A DNA stretch of 61,570 nt, counting the filler, from Gonapodya sp. JEL0774 (taxonomy: Eukaryota), in the NCBI GenBank assembly GCA_027604505.1. It is 17 parts of 17 records of this genome, joined end to end, with 100 filler letters (N's around TTAATTAATTAA, not from the genome) between each part and the next. Parts side by side here need not be neighbours in the genome. Positions count along the whole stretch, not along the records: positions 36,389 to 39,909 come from JADIIX010001257.1; positions 40,010 to 43,526 come from JADIIX010001258.1; positions 43,627 to 47,142 come from JADIIX010001259.1; positions 47,243 to 50,753 come from JADIIX010001261.1; 13 more parts are not named here. One strand, 5' to 3'. The position numbers and the translations under genes are program-made. Position 1 is the first letter of the stretch. Every line of letters begins with the position of its first letter. This document shows positions 36,389-50,000 of the stretch, in pieces. Below the pieces are notes generated by a model. The model worked only from the letters and a program-made list of their open reading frames with translations, ran no database searches and was not told the origin of the DNA.

Positions 36389-37342
36389 TCGCTTGAGGGA
36401 GCTGACGAGCTTTGTTCACCTGCATATCAACGCTCTCTCTAGAAATCCCTCCAAAAACACCGCCGCCACATCAATGATCTCCAATCACACATCCATTCTT
36501 TGACCGATAACCTCACCAACCTCACATCGCACGTCACAACTGTCTCCACCGACCTCGAAGCGACCCGCGCCGAACAGGAAGCCACCAGAGCGCTCTTGAC
36601 ATCCACCCAACAAGCCCTTACCGCTGCTGTCACCGAGTATCGCACCGAGCTGCGCCAGGCCTGGGATGCGCTGGGCCGTCAGGGAGCTGTTGTGGAGAGC
36701 TTGGTCTCGACACGAATCAACCGCGACGTGATGGTTGATCTCTTCCTGGTTGTGCTATCGATATACGTTACAGGCCTTCCCCTCGTCGCATACCCACTGG
36801 ACCTGATATCTCGTGGGCTCACCACCGCCAGCATATCAGTCGCCCGGTGGGCCACTGACCGACCCGCACCAGACCCCTCTCGCCTCCTCCTTTCTGAAGC
36901 CGTGCAAATCAAACGTCGAGAACGGGATCTTCGCTTGTTTATCCTCGCCACGATGCGATCGTTGCTTGTATGGATGGGGTGGAGGAGAGTCAGGCAGTTT
37001 GCTCGCACGTACGGGATATATGGTCCACCTACGGGGTATAGCTACTGGGATATGATTGGCCAATACCTAAACCGGACATCAGGCATCGGGTGGATTGTCG
37101 GGTGGCGGGAACCGGACAGTTCGTCCGTTGCCGGACGAGATGGCACGACGTTCGGCCCTCCAGACGGGCCTGATGGTGGAGGACCTTCGGACTTTCACGA
37201 GAGGGAGCAGAGAATATTGCGGACTGTGCAAGGGCTGGCCGAGCGGGGCAGGCACATTGGTGATGCCGACACCTCGATACCGTTGCCACCTTTGAGGGAG
37301 TGGGATGGGAAGGGAAAAGGGAAGGAAACGGTGAGAGATTGA
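36389..37342 (+). CDS. Hypothetical coiled-coil membrane protein, 5' partial
   Basis: Heptad-rich segment followed by hydrophobic helices (VDLFLVVLSIYVTGLPLVAYPL; LFILATMRSLLVW). Open frame of more than 280 codons. Confidence 0.65.
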
Positions 37343-37739
37343 GGAGTGGACTTTGATTGTAACTATTTTCCAGGACTGCGCAATTTCAAAATTATTACAG
37401 GATGTAATATCTGATCCGCATGACCATGTGATGGCACCCACTCTATCATGGAGCAAGTGCGCATTTGCATTCAAGGCAAGACTACGGAGGCCCGCTGCAG
37501 AGGCAATCTGTTGATGGACATTTCGCTGCACACTAATTGCAACGATTCGTATTAATTGTCATGGGGGTCAAGGATCGCATCGGCCTCAACGTCGCGGCAG
37601 CTGGCCGATTCACATTTGTTTCCATGAAATCAATTCAATAAATTCAAGGTTGCAATACATTTGATCTTCGAAGTGTAGGAGAGGGGTATCCCAAGTGTAA
37701 CGTGATGAGTGTTGAAAAAGATCGTGATTCTAGGTGGTC

Positions 37740-39909
37740 TTATGTCTGTGTTCGCGCTAGCCTCATTTCGTGGAGTTCGGTGCCAAAAAGATCGACCAGG
37801 AACGCAGCCACGCGATGGCTGCGCCAATAACAAAAATGCGCTCGGATTCCAGTGAGATAGTCACGGGCGGCTGAGAAGTAACCTGGCGGGGCCATGAGCT
37901 GGTTTCGAGGTGACGGGGCGAATGATCTAAATAAGTAGTCTGGGGGAACGACGTAATCGAGACGCGGGGATGGAGGAATGATGTCGTAGGTTGCTTGTCG
38001 TGCTAAACCGAGGCCAGGCTGAGGTTGAGGCAGAACCGTCTCCTGAACTGCGTTGCTAGAAGAGCCAGGTTTTGAATTCAAAGGCAGAGAGCTCGAATTC
38101 AAACGGGTCTCGCTGAGGGCGGCGGTTACTTTGACCGTCACCCCTTCAGACTCGGACTCTGAAGCTGCGTCTGAGCTTGTTCCATCTTCTTCAGATTCGC
38201 ACCGCATGCCTGCACTTTGGTTTGAAGACAGCTCTACCAATTGTTCCATATCTTCCATCACAATATCTGGCGCGACTAAAGTGGTTGCAGTGTCCATGAA
38301 TTCTGGGTTCGTGGGAGATACTTGATCCTTTTTGAATCCAGTTAGCCATCGCAGATTCGAAGCAATGCTTGATAGGAAGGGTGACGAAGACTTAGCCTGC
38401 GTCGCTGTGGAAGTGTCAATCTTGAAGCGCTTCGTGAAAGTATTCACGACTTCTGACTCGTCATCTTCGTCATCGCTCCTTTTTCGCTTCCCACTGTTTT
38501 TGTTGCTTTCGACAACTTGTTCAGGGATGAGTCCACTGCCCGTGGAACTCCATCGGCGCTTGACAGCACTGCCAACCGCGGTTCCCAAATAATTCACAGA
38601 TGCTGAAGCGGACACCGCCATCACCTCCAGTGCTGATGTAATGGCACGACGAACAGCTGGCACAGTTGCAACAGCCGGAATGTTAACGGTGGTGGAAAAG
38701 CTGAAGCCCAATTTTAGTGTCATCGAAGGGATACTGGTACTAGCGACAGCGACAGTGGAGGTAGGGAAGCGTGAAGAAGGTGGAGTTTTAAGGGCCTCGG
38801 GTAGTGTGACGGGTGGAATTTGTTTGAAGCTGGGCGAGAGGAGCGGTTCGCACCGGTATCCCTGAGTGGAAGAGGCGATACAACCATGAGTTGACTTATG
38901 CGGGTCAACGGAGACCACATAAATTGATATACCATTGGATCGTTCGTTGCGAAGATATTCAGAAATCGTACTCCAAGATTTGTTTGCAGGAATTCAATCT
39001 TTCGCTCAAAGTCCTTATGCTCCGACCTCGCCACTTGAACCGCTCCGATGGGGCTTCCCATAGTAAGTAGAATCCGAGGACGGAATAAAAGAGTGGGCGA
39101 GGAAGGCGGATTCCCGCAAGCGACTGGAGAGGAAGTTGTCCGATTCAACCTTGTGGAAGCGCCTGCCACATTGTTTGGGTGCTTTTCTGCACCATTCACC
39201 AGATCAGATCTAGCGGAGCACTGTAAGCTCTCCCGTACATCCCACCTCTGCTTTTGCAGAAGCTCGAACGAGATAACACCGCCCAGGGAGTACCCAACTA
39301 GAACAACAAGGCCATCAAAGCGTCCACCCGGTTGCGCTGCGACAAACTTCTGGTATCGCTCATTGAGACTATCACAGACAAACGATTGAAGCCACGAGCC
39401 TAGAACAGGATTGAAGTACATCACGACGTCCAGGCATATGTCCTGTGAGTTCCACAAAGTCCACCGTCCGTCCGTCCATTCAGGTCAGTAAGGAGATGTC
39501 AGAATTGCAGAACATGGTATGCGGAAGCCACTTACGTTGCATACTGTGCGGAAGAGAGGAATGTTCTGGTTGCTCACAAGCTTCAGTGGTCTGGAGGGAA
39601 TGTGGTGCGTACGTGTCACTTTCATTCGAACTCTCCAAACACGATCAGCAAAGCAACGTACAGGTCCACTTCCTCCAATTTGTGCAAAGACGTATGCCAG
39701 TCCACCTCCAGAATCTCAGTTCTCATGGGCCTTCTGCAGATCTTCTCGCCCCCTTCGCCACCGACACAACCTCCCTCCTCGTGAGCCCATCGAGCGGCCG
39801 CTTGGTCCAGGTTGGCACGTAGAGCAACGAGATTACGTGGTAGATTGTGTTGAGGACCGATTCCGGTGACCAGAAGGCAGAGAACATCCACTGCAAATAT
39901 ATTCGATGG
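37740..39909 (-). CDS. DDHD-family phospholipase A1-like protein, 5' partial
   Basis: CLDVVMYF, VVLVGYSLGGVISFELL (lipase GxSLG), LLTMGSPIG, FLNIFATNDPM|GYRCEPLL, RLDYVV, and HFCYWRS. Confidence 0.85.
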
Positions 39910-40009
39910 NNNNNNNNNNNNNNNNNNNNNNNNNNNNNNNNNNNNNNNNNNNNTTAATTAATTAANNNNNNNNNNNNNNNNNNNNNNNNNNNNNNNNNNN
40001 NNNNNNNNN

Positions 40010-41770
40010 AAAACAACAAAAACCCCCCCCCCCCCCCCCCCCCCAAAAAAAAACGCTTTACCCACCCGGCGGCGGCTTCTTCCCCTTCGCCCCCTCGCCC
40101 GCCGGCACGCTCGCCGAGGCCGACCCGACGCTGAGGCTGGGACTCGACCTTGTCGGGCTAGGTCGAGATGGTGTGGGGCGGGGGGAGGAGGAGAAGGGGA
40201 GCGGTGTAGGTGTGGTGGGTGGGGTGGAGGTTGGGGTGGAAGAGGAAAGGGAGGAGGAGGAAGAGGAAGGAGGAGGGAGGGACACGTAGGTTGGTGGGGA
40301 GGGGCGCAAGGGTTGCGGGGGGGTGTGGGGGCGGCGGGGCTAAANNNNNNNNNNGCGGGGGGGGGGTTGGTGTGGGTGGGGGCGGGGGTGGGGGGCTGGG
40401 GCGGGGGGGCCGCTCCTATGGGGGGTGTTGGGTGTGCCGGGTGGGGTGGGGAATGTGTGGTTTGCGGAGGAGGAAGGAAGCAGGGAGCGGGGAGGAGGAA
40501 TAGAGTGTGAGTGAAATAGGAGACAAGGGGGGGGGTCTGGTGGGTGCGATCATGTCCGGTGCCTCGTGATCCATGTACCCTGAGGGGGAGTACTCACAGA
40601 GAGGGAAGAGTAGAAGTGGAGAGCGGCGGAGGGGGAAGATGGATTGAGGGAAGATGAGAGGGAAGGGAGGGCAGGAGCGGAGAGGGAGTGGAAGAGGCGG
40701 GAGGATGAAGGACTGTTTGTGTGGGTCTGGGGCGGTGGGGGATGTTGTTTGGTGGGTTGTGGTGCGGTCTGGTGGGGCTGGAGGGGTGTGGGTGGGTATG
40801 TGGGGGGTGGTTGATGGGGCGGGAGAGGGAGTGTGGGTGGAGTTGGGAGGGGAGGAGGGGAGTTGGGAATGAGGTGGAGCGGGGGGAGAGTTGTCCGGGT
40901 TTGAGAGGGAAGAGGATGAGAGTTGGGAGGAGGAGGGAGAGGAAGGAGGAGTCGGGTGGTGGAAGAGGGAGGAGGAGGAGAGGGGAGAGGAAAGGGAGGG
41001 AGAGGAGATGTTATTATGAGCGATGCGGCCGAGTTGGGACTTTGGGTTGAGGAGGAGAAGGGAGGGGGTGTTGGTGGGTGCAGTAGGTGATGGTGGGTGA
41101 TGGTGGGTTGGTGGGTGTTGGTGGGTTGGTGCGGGATGGGGAGTGGGATGCGGTGCCGAGTGCGACACCCCCTGATGCATGTCTGGTGTGTGCATGGTGT
41201 GGCTGAGTGGCTGCGGAGTGGGTGTGTGTCAGTGTCTCCCTCTGCCCTCTCTCCCGCACTCTCCCCACTCCCCACTCTCCCACTCCCCACTCTCCCACTC
41301 CCCACTCCCCACCCTCCATTCCCCCGCAACTCACCTCACTCTGCTTCAACTGTCTCGGTCTCTGCTTTTCTCCTTCTCTCTGTCAATCCTCCCCTGTCCC
41401 TCCTCTTCCTCTCTCTGTCCTCTCCCTCTGCTCTGTCTTCTCCCTTGTTCTCGTTCTCGTCTCTTCCTGCTTGTGTCTCCCCCTCTTTGTTCCCCTCCTC
41501 CCGTTTTGTTTTTCCTCTTTCTTCTGCCTGTGCCTGCTCCTGCTCCTGTTGCTGCTCCCACCGCTTCTTTCGCCGCTCTCTGACTACTCCCATCCTGTGT
41601 GCCTGCATCCCTTGATCCCTCCCTCCTTCCTCCATCACTCCTCCTTTTCGTGGCACAGAAACCTTGATAAGCTTATCTTGGCACCTGCGCTTATTCTCTT
41701 TGTTCCGTCCACTTCTCCCTCTTCTCATCCAGAACAAATGAAAATGAAAATGAAATGAAAAACCTGGATT
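40010..41770. repeat. Low-complexity purine/pyrimidine-skewed region with simple repeats
   Basis: Poly-C/G runs, GGA/GGT-rich tract, (CCCACTC)n-like repeat at ~41255-41312 and (AAATG)n at ~41736-41760. Internal N gap. Confidence 0.8.
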
Positions 41771-42436
41771 CTATACCCTTTTTCCATTTGCCTCCTTATT
41801 TTTATTTCTTCCAAACAAACTGCTCCTCTGTGTGGAATACTCTATCACATACTATGTACATAGTCATCTTCCATTTCCCGTCCCATGCCATCATATCTGA
41901 CACTCTCATAATATCTACAGAATACTAGCAACCCCGCAAACTCTCCCTGCCCAAACCATTCCCCGACCCAGGGCCGTACCAAGATACATACATACATACA
42001 TACCTTGCCCAGAGCGGAGCCGAGCAGACCCCAGTGCATCGCAGCTCCCCCTTCGCGTGCACTCGGCGCCCGCCCCCTCAGCCTGGACGTGGACAGTTAT
42101 ACCTCGAACGTGAACGTGGCGGTGCCTGCTCATTGTGTGTGGATCATCGGACCATACATATATTTATCGCTGGTGGTGGTGTGGTCCATATATAATTATG
42201 ATCCTGAGGCCTACTTGGCTCCGCCGCCCGGGCAGCACCCCAGCCGAGCGAGCAAAAATGGGACGACAAAAAACCCCCGGAAGCAGCTTTTCCTTCATCG
42301 GCGGGCGTGGTGATTCGCGACTCGGGACTCGAGGGGAAGGGGCCGATTTTGCCATCCTTTGAAGCGACCCAAAGACTTTCGTACCTGCTCCATTCTCCAC
42401 TCTTGCACATCCACCACCGGTCACAACAATCCACAC

Positions 42437-43425
42437 ATGATGGCACGTGTCCTGCTGTGGTCGTTCTCCTTTCTCCTTTCCCCCAACTGACCCGCCTTAA
42501 CTCCCCTCCCCCCCCGCACCTCCTCCACCCTCCAGCCCAGCTCCCCCCTCCCCACCCGCCCCGCCCACCTCCTCCTTCCCCTTCTCGCCCTTCTCGCCCT
42601 CCTCCTCCACATCCACACCGCGAGGGCGTCGGGAGAGGTTGAGGTGCGTCCCGTCATTGCAGAGGGGTAGGCGGCGGGACAGCAGCACGTATGGCGGAAA
42701 CACGACACGAGGAGGAGTGGACGGGGGTCAACAAACCGGTGCCCCGGTGGCTCTCTCACACCGGTCGCAGGTGGCAGGTGGCAGGTCGCACGTCGCACGT
42801 CGCGTTTCCCTTTATCCCGTTATCCCGCTATCCCGTTTCCTGCACGTTCCGTTCCAAACCTCAACCCCCCTCCTCCGTCCTCCCCATCCCCTCCCCTCCC
42901 CCAAGTACGTCTACCTCGTCAACTGCGACTCCACCCCGACCACCCCTCGCTTCTCCACGGCCTTCTGGACCCCCAATGGCCCTTCCCCCATGCTCACCGC
43001 CCCTCTCCCCCTCCCGGCCCCCCCCCTGACCCGAGCGGGTGTCGACCCGCACTGAAGCACGCCGGGGCCCCCCCCGGGCGGCCGGGGGGCGGGGACCGCG
43101 GGCGGCGGGGCGGAGCCNNNNNNNNNNGGGTGTCGACAAGCTCTTCCACAACACGGGACCCAACCAGTTCCGCCAGTGGAACGGAAACTCCTTCACCGTC
43201 TACTTCCCCGGCGGGAACGCTTTCCGAGGCACCGTGTTCACCTCGGGGGGCTTCGTGGGGTTCGGCCACAAGTCAGGGACAGCAACCTTGGGGCCCCCCG
43301 GGTCTCCCACGGCCAGACCTTTCACGTGCTTCTCGGCGCAGGCGTTGAGTAGAGGGAATTTCAAGGTGGCGGGCGGGACGTGCTTTCTGATGCATTATTG
43401 CTCCCCCGGGGTGGTGCTGGAGTAG
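42437..43425 (+). CDS. Small secreted cysteine-containing protein, multi-exon, with an internal sequence gap
   Basis: Signal-like exon HLLLPLLALLALLLHIHTARASGEVE spliced to YVYLVNCDS..., ending ...WNGNSFTVYFPGGNAF...FTCFS...CFLMHYCS. Confidence 0.6.
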
Positions 43426-43626
43426 GGGGCTGGAGGGGGGTTGCGGGTGCCGGGTGCTGGCGGGCGGGGGTGGGGGATGGCGGGGTGCGGGGGCCGGCGG
43501 GGGGAAGGGGGGATGGGTGTGTACACNNNNNNNNNNNNNNNNNNNNNNNNNNNNNNNNNNNNNNNNNNNNTTAATTAATTAANNNNNNNNNNNNNNNNNN
43601 NNNNNNNNNNNNNNNNNNNNNNNNNN

Positions 43627-44000
43627 TATGAAGTTGAAGAACCAGACCCATTTGGTGAAGTGTCCTGAGTTGAATGTTTGTGTGGTTTCTCTGACTTGTT
43701 TGAAGTGCAGAATCTTGCTGTATGTCCAATTTTTCCACATGAAAAACATGTAAATGTCTTTTGTTTGCTCACAAAATTGATAGATGAAGAGCAAGGCTCA
43801 TTCAAACTTTGCAGTATCTCTCGTTCCCTGCTTTCCACTACACGACGTGCCTCCCTCAAGACTCTGTCAGTTGTAAGATTTTCTCTATCACCCAATCCAG
43901 CATAGACAACTGTTCTGAAGTCTTTGAAATCCTCAATAGAAGACAGTGCTTTGATGATAAGATGATAATGGAGCCGTTCAGGTATTTTCTGAGATGAGTC
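43627..44000 (-). mobile_element. LTR-retrotransposon gag remnant with zinc knuckle
   Basis: CFSCGKIGHTARFC (CX2CX4HX4C). Frameshifted upstream and CpG-poor. Confidence 0.7.
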
Positions 44001-44375
44001 AATAGAGAGGTTGCACAGAATTTAGTTATCACGACGTTGGTGCACACAACATATGTGGCACGGGGGAAAATATTGGGTGCCCTCCCAATTCTCGAGCCTG
44101 AATTGGGATCACAAAACTCTCTTTGTTTGACTCGAGAAATCAAGTGCGATTGGTCTCAGTTTTTCAGTTTGCCGCAGTACCATAATGGTGATTATATTTC
44201 ATGAGTCAATTTGTGACGAATACAAATGAGTCACTTGCAACACAACCCCGATTTTTTGCCCACCGCACACCTCACGAATAATTCCTCAAAATCCTCCATA
44301 GGCTTTGCAACATATCGATCTACCGATTACACTGTTGAAGAAGTGCCACACTTGGCAAATCTCAGCGGAAATTCC

Positions 44376-45830
44376 ATGTTAAGCAGCAGTGAGTCTGATG
44401 ACCTGGATTTGCACGGTAAGAGTTAAATTGAGAAACATTTCTCTGTATCCATCACAATCTACTATCATAAATGTGGCGTTTTCTCATGTACTTGGTCTCT
44501 ATGTGTGTTCCAGATGCCGTCCCAGTACCTGACAACATGACAACCGAGTCATTATCAACCAACAAGCCTGGAATTGCCTGAAAGAGGCCCAGACGCCCCC
44601 CAAAACCGGCATCGTCACAGAAAAAGGTGAAGCCGCCGCCGTCTGGCTTTGCCTTGTTCCGGAAATCAAAGGACAAGTAGGTCAGGAAGGATCATCCACA
44701 GTATGGATTCGGGACAATTGCAGGTGCAATTGGAGACATGTGGACAAAGATGACAGAAGAAGAGAAGGAGGTAAGTCTTGTGTGTAACTGGGGGCTCTGT
44801 ATGGTTCTGTTTCATCTTTGTCGACGGCTCCCCATTAAAGCCATTCATGACGGAGTCTGCGAGACTCAAATTGATTGCTCACAACATCAACACCAATACA
44901 CAACAACTCAATTCTACCACAAGCAAGTCAATCGACATGGGAACAGCCGCTCCTGCAGTTGAAACAACCATCGGGAAGTATTTCACATGGAACTGCACCT
45001 TGTCCATCGTCCTCCTGCGCCAAGCAAACGTAATCCGGCCATTTAAAGCAGCGGGAAAGCAGGATACGATGCAGAAGCGTTGGACGGTTGTCGCGGAGGC
45101 GATGAGGAAGCAAAACCCAGTGCTGTATGCCAAGGTAACGCACCAAAATACCGATCGTCAGGTCAAGGCTCTCGTGATCGCCTGGGAGCAGCGCAACACT
45201 GCTTCAGAAAAGCTCACAGGTGAGAACAAGCAGGACTCGGCGTTGGATGCTATGGTGGAAGAGTATGCAAACACGGTGAGTGACTTGATAAAGTGTGTTT
45301 TGACAGGTGGTTGGGGATATCACCGTTCCACACGTATGTCACAACAGCAAGCCGCCTTCAACGCCAATCATGCCGACAACTAGGAGAACGTGCTGACTGA
45401 AAGAAAACGGGATATGAAGCTTGCAGCTGGTAAGTGGGAGCGGTTTTGGCTATGTCTGTTATGTTGACCCACTTGTCCATCGGACATCAGACAGAACACC
45501 ACGGAAACGCTCTCGAAGAAGCGTCCACTACGTATGGGAAATGAGGATGAGGATTGGACCGCGGAGGACATCACCAACAGGAAGAAAAGGGGGAGGACTG
45601 CGACGGACGCCCGGAGCAGCCTTCTTAGGCTTGAGGAATTGCGGAAGGAGGACACCCAGGAGAAAGAAGGTTATCTAGCAATTGCAAGGCAAGCTGAGGA
45701 GAGGAGAATGAAGGAGCTGGAGCTGAAGGAGAGGAAGTTGGCCGTGGAGGAAGAGCAAGTGAAGTTGGCCACCGCAAACCAACAGATGATGATGGAGATG
45801 TTCAAAAGTTTTGTAAGCCAGAAACAGTAG
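44376..45830 (+). pseudogene. Harbinger accessory protein: HMG box + Myb/SANT-like domain + coiled coil, with two stops in the 5' part
   Basis: KPPPSGFALFRK...RKDHPQYGFGTIAGAIGDMWTKMTEEEKE|PFMTESARLK (HMG box split by an intron at 44771). It continues in frame to FTWNCTLSIVLLRQANVIRPF...KRWTVVAEAM and ends in an E/K/R-rich coil. Confidence 0.7.
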
Positions 45831-45853
45831 CTGTGTATTTCAATATAAAGTCA

Positions 45854-47064
45854 TTACATATATGCTTGCCAATAGGTCTCAATTGAGGGGGGATTGACAC
45901 TGAACTTATCACCTGTTTTGCCCCCATAAAAGCATGTATGAGCATTAGCCAAGAAAACACCAACACGATAATAAGACGCTACAGGTGACAACTCTACTTT
46001 GAGGGTCCGGTAGTAGTTCAAAAATGCGAAGATAGTCGCTGGCTTGTCCCACGCCCACTCAATTGCAATCTGCACAGCACTGTTTGAAGTGTTGTACTCC
46101 TGCTGTTCTGGCGTCAAGTATAGCAACTTCCAAGGTCCTACAAGATGCCCGTTGCCGGGGAAGTAGGCAGGGTCACCATATATTTGGTATGGTTTGTGGT
46201 TTGGCCTGAAAGCTGTCCAAGGGGAAAACTTTGAGAATGGATGATGAAACGGTATTCAATCATCAACTCACCATGCTGTGCAAGTATATCATTGAGTCCA
46301 CTCAGCCTATAAATCGTGATGTCGTGATCCGGGCCCACAAATGGTCCACAAAGATGGATGGCGATCCCATCGGGGGTCACCACTTCTTGAAACTTGAGGG
46401 AATGCTGCTGCTTGTGTCCACTGTAGTATTTCCTTTGATGATTTGTTGCTCGCGCTATTTGACGCTCTGTCCCATCGATGAATCTGAATACAGTTTGAAG
46501 TGGGGACCCAGGGGTGTGGACGGCCTGGCAAAACTGCTTTAGCAGCACTGGGGTCAGCCGCTGAGTATCCCAAGTCAAAAGTTCCTTCGATTTGCGTGTG
46601 ATGTCGTCTACAAGATATGAGATAATGCGGGAGAGCTCGTCCGCAGAGCGACCGAAGGTGAGGGCAATGTCAGCGAGGCGATTTGGGAAAGTGAAACGTC
46701 TAGGAAGCACACAGAGTGCCTCAATTCCTAGAAATCAGAGTCAATTTTCCAGGACAATAGTTGCGGGAATGCCAAGTGCCTCTTTGAGACGAAATAGGTG
46801 GGCTTTTTCGAACCTTGTAATTGGTACGAGAAATCAATACATCCAGGGTCCCGAACTACGGATGGCAGTCCCCACTCACCGAAAACGATGAAGACAGTCT
46901 GCATCGGAAAGCGCTCCGAGATCCACGCGTGCTGCAGGGAACGCCAGTCGCTCTGGCAGAAGCAGACTCGCCGCAAGCAACAATCGGCACCTTCTCCTGA
47001 TCCTCTCCAGTCCAATGCTCACGAATGAAAAAGAATCATCAGAGTCAGAGGTGTCCCCATCCAT
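45854..47064 (-). pseudogene. PIF/Harbinger transposase (DDE_Tnp_4) with in-frame TGA stops
   Basis: CLHRFRF, FIDGT, YSGHKQQHSLKFQ, TPDG, YGDPAY and AIEW (D-D-E triad). EN*L*F near 46735 is consistent with CGA>TGA. Confidence 0.9.
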
Positions 47065-50000
47065 GAAAGTGGTTGCGGAAAATTGGGAGCTGGTTTGAGT
47101 GCGCAAGGTCGCTCGGCTATTTAGTTTTTCACTTCACAAATTNNNNNNNNNNNNNNNNNNNNNNNNNNNNNNNNNNNNNNNNNNNNTTAATTAATTAANN
47201 NNNNNNNNNNNNNNNNNNNNNNNNNNNNNNNNNNNNNNNNNNCGTAGTTAGCTTTTGTACATTAGCCACGTTTTTAGGGGAGACGTAAATGGCATACCGA
47301 GTTGGCACGGCAGAGTCGGAGTCGGCAGCGTTGGATCCTTACGTGGCGCACTGTACCATTCCAATGTGCAAGCTTTCCAAAGACCGCCACGAGCCACGAT
47401 ACAGGCTCATTGTAATTTGATTATCAAGTCTCTGTATTGTATTGCGTACATAATGGAGACGTGTCCATGCACCACTACTCCTGCCGCCCGGGTCGGTGCC
47501 ACTTCACGCGCTGTTCCTGTTTTTTACCCATTCGCCTCTCCTATTATGCACAGCCCCTCCCCGCTCGCGGCCCACCATGTCAGAACTTGCCCAAATGTGA
47601 CATACCCGGGAGATCAGCCCGCCTCACTTCGCCTACCCTCACAATCTTCAGCCGTCCCTTCGGTCACCCCCACCAATTGCCTTCCCCTCGCGTTCCTCCC
47701 CTTGCCTGCCCTCCACGCCCCTGACCACTGGTTCACCAACCATCTCAACCCTCCCTCCACCACCTTACAACTCACCTGTCTGTATCCAGCCGCTATTCCA
47801 AATGGTGGCACTTGCCTGCTTGTCACGATAACCCTTGCTGGCATCCTTTCGCCGTCGTGTTCCCGTTCTGGCCTGCGACTCCACTTTAGACGTCCCTGAC
47901 ACGTTCCCACAGCAGCTCCATTCCCCTCTCAACGCTGCTTCCGGTGCCTCGTCTGCGCTCACAGGTCCTGCGTACCAGCCACGTCGTTAGGTACAGGGGG
48001 TCGAATGCACGTACACCTGCCGTTGAGCCCTGGAAGACTCGGCCGCTCACTGTCAACTGCTGCTCCACAACACTGTCGCAAACTCACCTTTTTCCCCGTA
48101 ACACATCCCCTGTCTCTCTTCTCTTTTCTTTCCGTATCCCCTGTCGCTGTCTTTGTCTTCCATCACGACAGGCCAAATGAGCGGGGCCAAGGACAAGTGT
48201 GAGGAGTTCGAGAAGAGCGGCAAGACGAGACCTACGGGGAGAAGTGGGTGCGGAACGGGGGAAGACCAGAGGGGAGTGTTTTTGAGCAACGTGAGTGAGG
48301 AAGCTCGGGGAGGGAGTTTAGACCAAGAGAGACCATGTAATAGAACCGCATTCAGATGTAGCACCTGGCGTCCCCACATACCATTGTCGCAACCTTCATT
48401 CAGATTGTATTCCGTCGGACCATGCCCGCAAGTCCAGCTCCCTCCCTCCGTTGGACCGTAACGGCATTCTCTTGGTTCCACCCCTGCGTCTTTGTTATGC
48501 CCGCGCCATTGGCACGAACCCTCTTCACTGTTCCTCGGCACCAACAGTGACCGTCCTTGCCCACCGGCGCGGCGTCTCTGCAGTGACTTGTTTCCCCCTC
48601 GACCATTCGTACCTAGTAATTAGCAAACCGTCGGACAGGAATTGTAAGTGTTGGTGAGGAGCAGAGGCGACGTATAATATTGCAAGAGAAAAAGGGGGGG
48701 GGGGTGTTGGAGTGGCTGGGCAACGCATGATGGATGAGAACCAGGAGGAAGGGGCGTGAAGGATCTGGGGAGTGGGTGAGCCAAACGTACAACACGAATC
48801 ACAGTTGCCGTTGTACAACACACCTCCTATCGTTTCTTTAGTTGCGCCCGTGAGAACTTGTCGGGCCGGTAAGTCGTACCTTGGCGTCAAGCGGGTGGTG
48901 GGTAAGAAGGGGCAGGGTTCTCGGACCTAGGATGAAACGGAGAGGGAATCTAGCGTGTGGTGGAGGAAGGCAGATCAGAAAAGGACCACTGAGAATTTAG
49001 GAGTGTGATGATTTCATGCTTCGGTTCATTGGCAGGGGTGGTGGGTAACGTTTTGGAATTAAGATGACCCGAGCGGAGCAAACGACAAGAAATTTTGCAA
49101 CTTACTGTTTGCGCACGTAAAACGCACCCGGCTGTCCTGTCAATCTCATTAAATGACACCCACGGACCTTTACGACTTGCGTCCAGTGCTCCTCCCCGGC
49201 ACCACACGGCTGTCGCTGGCTCGTTCACAGAACACAAAATGATAATCACTGAGCTCACTGTCAATCCCGCAAACGAACTCGCGCGTTTGAACCGGTTGCT
49301 CGAGGGCACATTCACCGTGCATCCGGATGGAGTCACTCATCTGGTCCGCGATTCGACAGGTGTTCCCTCCGATGCTCGTCCACCACAACATATTCACTTT
49401 GAGACCTTTCAACAGATGGAGGCGGTTGTGCCGCCTTTGAACGCGGGGGCAAAAATTGCCAGGGACAGAAAGAGTTGAGCGTGGTGGAGGAGTGCCGAGG
49501 TGACGGAGTAAGTGCTTCATATGGGATGTGGGATCATTCCGGGGCGTGTCGGGAGCGAAAGCCGCAGAAGGGTGTGATTTGAGATGAGGAAAGATGGGGT
49601 TAGAACAGCCAGAGAAATAGACTGCTCCACTCACCATCACCGCCTCGCCCCTGTGTCACCTCTAAGACACTCAAAGACTCAAAGTGCGTTCGCACATCGT
49701 GTGACTTCACCGTCACGAAATCTCTTGGCGCTGAGTGAATCCTGCCAACAGGCTGTCTCACCAGCTTACTGCGCTGTCCACTGCCCCTTCGTAACTCCAC
49801 TACTCGTCTGCTCACACCTAGTGGTCCCAAGGCAATCGTATAGTTTCAGAGCGCTTGGTGCAGACAGATTTGCTGGAGGGAGATGGGGTGCGGACTGTTA
49901 TGGAGAAAGCATCGTGAGGGGGAACTCGAATCATATTGGAGCGAGTTTTAAAACGGACCTTGAGTCTGAAAGTATCTCCGCCGTTTCGTGACTTCCAGCA

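Larger units (their letters stand above)
44376..47064. mobile_element. PIF/Harbinger DNA transposon with two convergent genes; termini not identified
   Basis: DDE_Tnp_4 transposase on the minus strand and a Myb/SANT-like accessory gene on the plus strand. Stop codons are 23 bp apart. Confidence 0.85.

Noticed and set aside
40416..41758. Several long Pro/Ser/His- or Gly-rich ORFs
   Set aside because: They arise from strand-skewed low-complexity sequence lacking stop codons. No domain evidence.
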